Source: Podarcis liolepis
Lineage: Eukaryota
Assembly: GCA_965112155.1 (NCBI GenBank)
Contig: OZ218100.1
Direction: 5' to 3' (one strand)
DNA: 64,000 nucleotides
Shown: piece by piece, positions 57,938 to 64,000 of the stretch
Numbering within the stretch: position 1 is the stretch's first letter
How the letters are laid out: each line of letters opens with the position of its first letter
Position numbers and translations under genes: made by a program
Notes under the pieces: model-generated
Seen by the model: the letters and a program-made list of their open reading frames with translations, nothing else
Told to the model about the DNA's origin: nothing
Databases searched by the model: none

Positions 57938-60159
57938 AACTAGAAAAACTTGGCTCTTCCTTATGTTCTTGCTCTGCTCAATGCTTCCACCATGTTCAAC
58001 CATATCTTCACTTGCTGGTGCCAATTGCCACCACCATTTTGGCCATTGCTGCTATTGCACCACCTTCTTTTGCTGCAGTTGTTCCACTACGTTGATTTCT
58101 TTTGTTGTTCACTTCTGCCATGAAACATTACATTACATTGGCAGTATTCGTGCTGTACTAGGTAATCTTCAGCCAGGCCTTCATTCCTGAAGAGAGATGC
58201 ACTGGGGCTCAACCAATCTGAATGCCATGCATTAGCACTGCTGGTGGTATTTTCCAGCCTTCCTTCGCATTCCAATCCATGCAGCATAACACATAGCAAG
58301 GATTCCAAGGTTGTTTTTAAACCACTTCTACCATGAAATGTTTGATCATTGCTTCTTTTCTTTGTAAATTAAACCGAGCAAAAATGTTTGCCCCACCATG
58401 ATTGAAATCTGGAAGGGCTAGGCATGTTGTTTTAATAAACTTGTTTAAGAGCCAGATCCACCATGCAGGGAACCGGTTGGCCCTTTCCCTGTTATTGAAC
58501 AACATTCAGTCCTGTGACCAACTGGGCAGTTGTTGAACATATTGACTGATGCTCTTTGGCTGCAGCACTTATCCCCTGTTGCATAATACTGAGTCTTATT
58601 ATGTTTTCACTGTTGCCTTCTGAAGGTATTTTCTGAATCAGGAAGTGAACCAATGATTTCAAGGATTGTTACCCTAGGATAGTTGACTGTATAAACCTGA
58701 AAGAGCATATGAGAACTCATTTTTCCCGTGCTGAAGGAAGGAAAATAAATTGCCTTCATGTTGTTTGCAGACCTTGGAGCTGCTGGGAAGGAAAACAGAC
58801 TATTCTCTCTTTTTCCCATGGTTCAGTGTGTGGGAACCTACAAAAAAGTAACCATTTAGTAATAACAGAAGCCGTGTAACTCCTGCGGAAATTTTTTAGC
58901 TACAGTAACTAGCAGTGCTTCTTTCTAAAATGATGCCCGTGTGTTTTCATGATAATTTGACCTTCAAGTATTGTGTACAGAAGCAATTTTTACATTAAGC
59001 TTTATGCGACGCATATGAATGACTTTGACCCCACTTTTGTATAATAAAACAGAGTGGCTTCTTGCTGGGAAGTAAGTGGCTATAGATAGAAAGGGGCTAA
59101 TTCTAAGGTAGATTATCCCCAATTTGGCTAACAATTTCTTGAGTGAGTTCATTTTCCGAGCTGCTTTTCACATAAGGCGTTTTCTCTCTATTCTGAATCA
59201 AATTATTCTTTTCTTGCAAGATATTATTTGGTTTTAAGTACTTCACATCAGAGCTATTTGATATTATCTATGCTCTATCAGTAATTACTATCTATTGTTG
59301 TTTGCATGCTGTTAGAATACAGGGATATTATAAATCCTGCATACCACCAGAGAACATTTAAGTACCATTAAAAATCAACAGGATGTTTTTATCCCCAATT
59401 GAATTCAACAGGTTGTTATTTGAGCTTATCTGTCTGCAGGTTTTGCCCATTGTTATCTTCCATTGTTGGAAAGCATATATTTCTTCCAATCTACTCTCCC
59501 ACACAGTTGTTTAAATCCACAAAAATGTAACAGACAGTCAGATTTTGTGTGACAAAATTCCTACTATGGATTCCCATCCACGTAGGATAGAATATGTACC
59601 CGGCACATCATGATTCTATACACATCTTGCGTGAGATTGTTTTAATACGTCTGAAAATGCTGAGAAGCATCCATTGTCTTCCCAGTATGTATCTGTACAC
59701 CACCAAGAATAAATAAGTCACAACAAGATGATAAGCTCATCTTGCATAATTGGCACAGCTTGTTTGTTGTTTCCTGCAAACGGAATGCTTTCCATATAAG
59801 AATCTATTGCTATGTGTGGATATTCTTCCAGAGGGGTAGCTGTGTGAGTCTGTTACGGCATAATAAATTTTGCTGGCCTTCAAAATTGCCAGAAGACTTT
59901 CATAATGTGTGAAATTGCTCTAATGCTGCCGTGCTTCAAGAAACCTTAATCAGCATCAGCTGAGTATGTAAACTAGCCTGCAGGTGGCTGAGGCTGATGG
60001 GAGCTGTAATCTAAAAAATCTGGAGGGCGCCAGCTTGGCCAAGGCTGGTGTAAGCATGGTGGGCACCAGGTTCCAAAGAATGCACGTACAAAAAATAAGA
60101 AGAAACAATGATAGATGCTCCAAATTAATACCCATAAGTACTGTCTTAAAGTCTATACT

Positions 60160-60238
60160 CATAGAATCATAGAACTGTAGAGTTGAAAGCCACGACCCCG
60201 AGATTAAGATTGTCATGCTCTACCAACAGAGCTATCCC
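60160..60238 (-). mobile_element. tRNA-Lys-headed CR1-tail SINE with a large internal deletion
   Basis: Reverse complement gggatagctctgttggtagagcatgacaatCTTaatctcggggtcgtggc joined directly to tttcaactctacagttctatgattctatg. Confidence 0.8.
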
Positions 60239-61325
60239 AACACCTCACACACTGCTTTTAACTGTTGAGGATGCTTGCACCCATAATAATAGCCATTTTT
60301 ATCACCTGGACCTGTAACAAGTGAGGGAAGAAGGAAATCCATAGGTAGCAATTCCTGTTCAGTTTGGGCAGCCCTGCGAGTGGCTCCAGCCAGATTTGTG
60401 GTTTCCTTACTCCTTCTTCCCTAACCTACTTACTGAGCTACTAATGTCCTCTCACTGACGGGTCGACTTTCTGTTGTGGAATGACAGGCTGATAGTTGAT
60501 GCAGATCCGTATGTGACAAATGTCATCCTAATGGTTCTCACTCTGAATGATGTATCTGAACCTTAGCTGGCGGAGCTGGCAGCCGAATCAAGTTCCACCA
60601 ATAGTTTTTATTAAAGAATATAACCTGGAATAGTGTCACGCATAATGTAGAGATCATAATACTTTGTGGGCAAAAAGTGATACCTCTTGTATCTTGGACT
60701 TTTAAAGGGGGGGAATAAGAAGGTTTTGTGCTTATTGTGTTCTTAGCACGTTTATGGCTGCATTATTCCTAATACCGTTCAAGAGCCATCGTAAATGCAT
60801 GTAGAATGCCAAGCTCTCAAAATTTCATCACACGATAATGCCACAATAAAGTCTCCTTAATGCATACATAGTGTTGCTGCTCATTTCTTATGCTGATCAT
60901 AAGCAAATGGAGTTTCTGATATTCCGGTTCCTGAATTCCTTGATGATAATTTGGTCAGGTGTTTGGAGTGTTTGCATTGTGTTCAAACTGGGCAGAGCTC
61001 TGAGTGATATCATATGTTGCTGGGGTTGTAGATTGCTGTCATTGCTGTCATTACACCATCCAAGAACATGACACTCCACAAAGAACAGCTTTGGCAGGTT
61101 CCAGCCCCAAGGGATTTATAATCTAGAAACAGACACAAGGAAGTCCACAAAGGAAATGGAGGTAGGGGCAAGCATGGGGAGAACGTGCCATTATTGCAGT
61201 GACAGATACTGAGAGGATTATAGTTACAGTATATTATTGGAACTAAAGGGTTGTGCCAAAGCCCTCAAGGAAAACTGTGAAATATGCATTGTTTCCCACT
61301 AAGTCGTCAGCTAAAGTCCACTGAA

Positions 61326-61372
61326 ATCATACGAACATAAGAAGAGCCTGCTGGATCAGGCCAGTGGCTCAC
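61326..61372 (-). mobile_element. CR1 LINE extreme 3' end (different subfamily)
   Basis: aacataagaagagcctgctggatcaggccagtgg. Confidence 0.55.
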
Positions 61373-61588
61373 CAACTGGTTGAAGTTAGTCATGCCCATT
61401 GATTTGAGTGGGTCTCCTCTGAGTAAGGCTTAGCTGGATGCAACCCATTGTCATGACAAAAGCTGGGTGCACACCGTTTAGCTTTCTGTTTTCTATAGCT
61501 ATGTTTGGCAGTAGGGATGGGCAAATAGGTCTCTTTCTGGCTTGTTTCAGCATTGTTCTATAAGTCTATTCCATGCCAATTCTGCATT

Positions 61589-61743
61589 CATAGAGTAATA
61601 GAATCATAGAATTGTACAGCTGGAAGGGACCACGGCGGGCATCTAGTCCAACCCCTGCAATGCAGGAATCTTTTGACCAACGTGGGGCTCGAATCCATGA
61701 CCTTGAGATGAGGAGTCTCATGCTCTGCCAACTATGCCATCCC
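61589..61743 (-). mobile_element. tRNA-Lys-headed SINE with CR1 tail
   Basis: Reverse-complement head gggatggcatagttggcagagcatgagactc...gattcgagccccacgttgg, tail aagattcctgcattgcaggggttggactagatg...cccttccagctgtacaattctatgattct. It sits inside a TAGGG-type relic starting at 61512. Confidence 0.85.
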
Positions 61744-63861
61744 AAAGGGCTGTTGGTGTCTGTTAGGCACAATGGCTATTCATCTGCTATTATTATGCTT
61801 ACTAATTTGCACAGAGGTTCACACTTAAATACATGTTTTTAAATGTATTCTATATCAGAATACACATCCCTAAACCTGTTTTCTCTCAAAAGACATACTC
61901 CTAAAATGTGTTTTCTCTTAAGTATGATATATTTGAAACCAGGAACTGTGTTGAAAACACTTCAGAAGTGCAAAAGCCATTCGATAAATGGGGCTCTGGG
62001 GCTCACATTAGTCCAGGAATTGCAGATCAGATCAGTTCCTGTTGGAACTGACAAAGATCAAATTCCTCCAGCCTCCCTTCCTTGCCAGTACCAGAGCAAA
62101 GAAATGTCTCACCCTGTAAGAGTGTCTTTGCACTTCACAAAGCTGATGGTGTGTAGTCTGCCAGATTTCCTCTTAGATTTTGGTGTAGGTTTTTTCTCTT
62201 CTCCGTTTTTAGTGAGGAGGCTCATGAAAGAAATAGGTTTGGTTCGGTTTTAATCACCATTTGCACCCCGATCCATCCCCATTTTCACAAAAGGACATTT
62301 TTACACATGATTGTTTGTGCAAAAATGTGGATGGGAATTCTCAATTGAATGCATGTTCCAGGAGTCTGTGCATTGAATGCAGCGTAGATGGACAGCAGCC
62401 ACACTCAGGGGTGTATGCTGTGTACATTGTTCAAATGTGCACCTGATTTATGCCCTTCTATGGACCAGATCACCTTCTATGGACCAGAGTCTTCTAATTG
62501 CTTTGCCAATGCTGGATTCCTCATCTTACTGTTCTTTTTTTTTTTAAAAGAAAAAATATTGCACTGTGATTGCAGCGTAACCTTAATTAATGCCATTAAA
62601 CAAATAAACACCTACAGCAATCTTCAGGTCAAATAACAAGGGGTGAGATATAAAGTGGGGTGGGAACCAGCAAACTGTGAGCAGAAGGCAGGACTTTGCA
62701 ATGTCAAAGGAAGCCACCATTTTAGGCACAGCCGATAGGTGCACGGTCGTGCACACACGCATTGTGCCGAACCCAGAAGTGACACAAAAACATCACAAAA
62801 AGGGGTGGAATGGGGTGTTTGCAGGCTTTTTCAGTGGTGTTTCAAATATACACTATGTCACTCAAACACACGGTATCTTGCAACATAACCCCCATGTAAA
62901 TTGGGAGTTGCCTGTCCTTAGCGGTAGACGCTCTGTGTTGGGCATGGCCGAAAATGCCAGGAATGGTCAACTACTTCCTTTGGAGAATGCCAAGGGCTCA
63001 TTCATGGCTGGCTCCAGATTTAAGGCATCTCTGGGCAAAGTGCCCGCTGGTGAGCCCCCTTCTCTGCGGGAAGAAACGCAACCCACCCTAAATAAACCGT
63101 GTTGTAAAAGGGGCTTCCGTGTTCTGGCTCCATGTGGCCTGCATTAGGCACACTGGCCAGGCAGCTTCCTGCAGGGTGCGTTGATTCAAATAAAGGCCGG
63201 TTCAGTTATCGAGAAAAGGAAATCCAGAGCAGATTTAAATCACTAATTTAAATCAGCTTTCCCCTTTTGTAATTCGCAAACATTTCCTGAACAAGCATGC
63301 TTGCTTATTAGTTGCCAAGACATTTGAGGCATATTAGTTTTCAACTGAATCAAGCCTTTTTTAATATTACCTAGGAGTGCGCTCCAAAACCTCTTTTCGC
63401 ACAGCCCACACGCCTTGGCATTACAGGAATATAATTGCTTAGAGTCAAAAGGGCAGTTGTAAAATTAGTGGCGGTTTGTTTTTGCTCCTTCCATACACGT
63501 GCGAGGACACAGGAAGAAAGCCACTTATTTGAGGATTAAGGCCAGGATCCAGGAAAGTCGTAAAACATGTTCTGTAATGCTAAGAGGTAGTTAGGCTTGT
63601 CCCCCCCCCCCCTTCAAAAACAGCCCTCAAATACTACATGACAAAGTGCTTTTGAAACTGAGAGGAGTTTCATAAGCAGTTTTTTATATCTTGCTGTGGG
63701 GCAGGGGAGCACGCCAGTTAAAGGAGGGGGGCTAAAATTGCTCTGGCATAGCATAAGCCCCCCTGAATCCCCTTCCACAGCTTTTATGGATTCCAGCTCA
63801 ATGTACACATCAGCGGCTTGAAGCACCGCCGTTTCCCTGCAGCTGCATTTCAAGTTGTTTT

Positions 63862-64000
63862 AATAGAATCATTGAATTGTACGAGTTGGCAGGGACCCCA
63901 AGGGTCATCTAGTCCAAGCCCCTGCGATGTTGGAATCTAAACTAAAGCATCCATGACAGATGGCCATCTAACCTCTGCTTAAAATTCTCCAAGGAAGGAG
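63862..64000 (-). mobile_element. CR1 LINE 3' end: ORF2 C-terminus plus 3'UTR, continuing beyond the window
   Basis: Reverse complement translates PSLENFKQRLDGHLSWML* (stop at 63942-63944), then gattcc..catcgcaggggcttggactagatgacccttggggtccctgccaactc...attctat. Confidence 0.9.

Noticed and set aside
62700-63200. CpG island or promoter
   Set aside because: CpG is only mildly elevated and GC is moderate. No downstream exon or coherent ORF.
1-64000. The many 60-170 aa ORFs in the six-frame track as host genes
   Set aside because: None resembles a cellular protein I recognise. Many run through microsatellites (poly-L, HTHT, CVCV), N runs or SINE antisense strands. Only LINE ORF2 fragments are interpretable.

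Overview
Vertebrate nuclear DNA, very probably a squamate. The Sauria/Squam1-type SINEs together with young L2 and BovB suggest a lacertid lizard; this is inference from the repeat content. I recognise no host protein-coding exon, so the window reads as a large intron or gene desert. The only ORFs with recognisable protein similarity are retrotransposon ORF2 fragments (L2, CR1, RTE-BovB). The window holds: 5 Sauria SINEs; tRNA-Ala-headed SINEs; a MIR-like (Squam3-type) SINE; a group of short SINEs with tRNA-Lys, tRNA-Asn or tRNA-Ile heads, of which the Lys and Asn copies share one CR1 3'UTR tail whose LINE donor is also in the window; TA-flanked Tc1/mariner-type MITEs (2 families); hAT MITEs with 8-bp TSDs; one clean and two weaker solo LTRs; Penelope-like relics; microsatellites; and a 132-N gap. 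Many insertions are nested and give a relative chronology. The most interesting signals are the tRNA-head-swapping SINE system, two 13-6-13 palindromes with identical geometry, and a cluster of AATTAATT/CTGAT motifs at about 40.3-40.55 kb. Repeat family names come from my recall of consensus sequences, not from database searches. Boundaries of degenerate copies are approximate.
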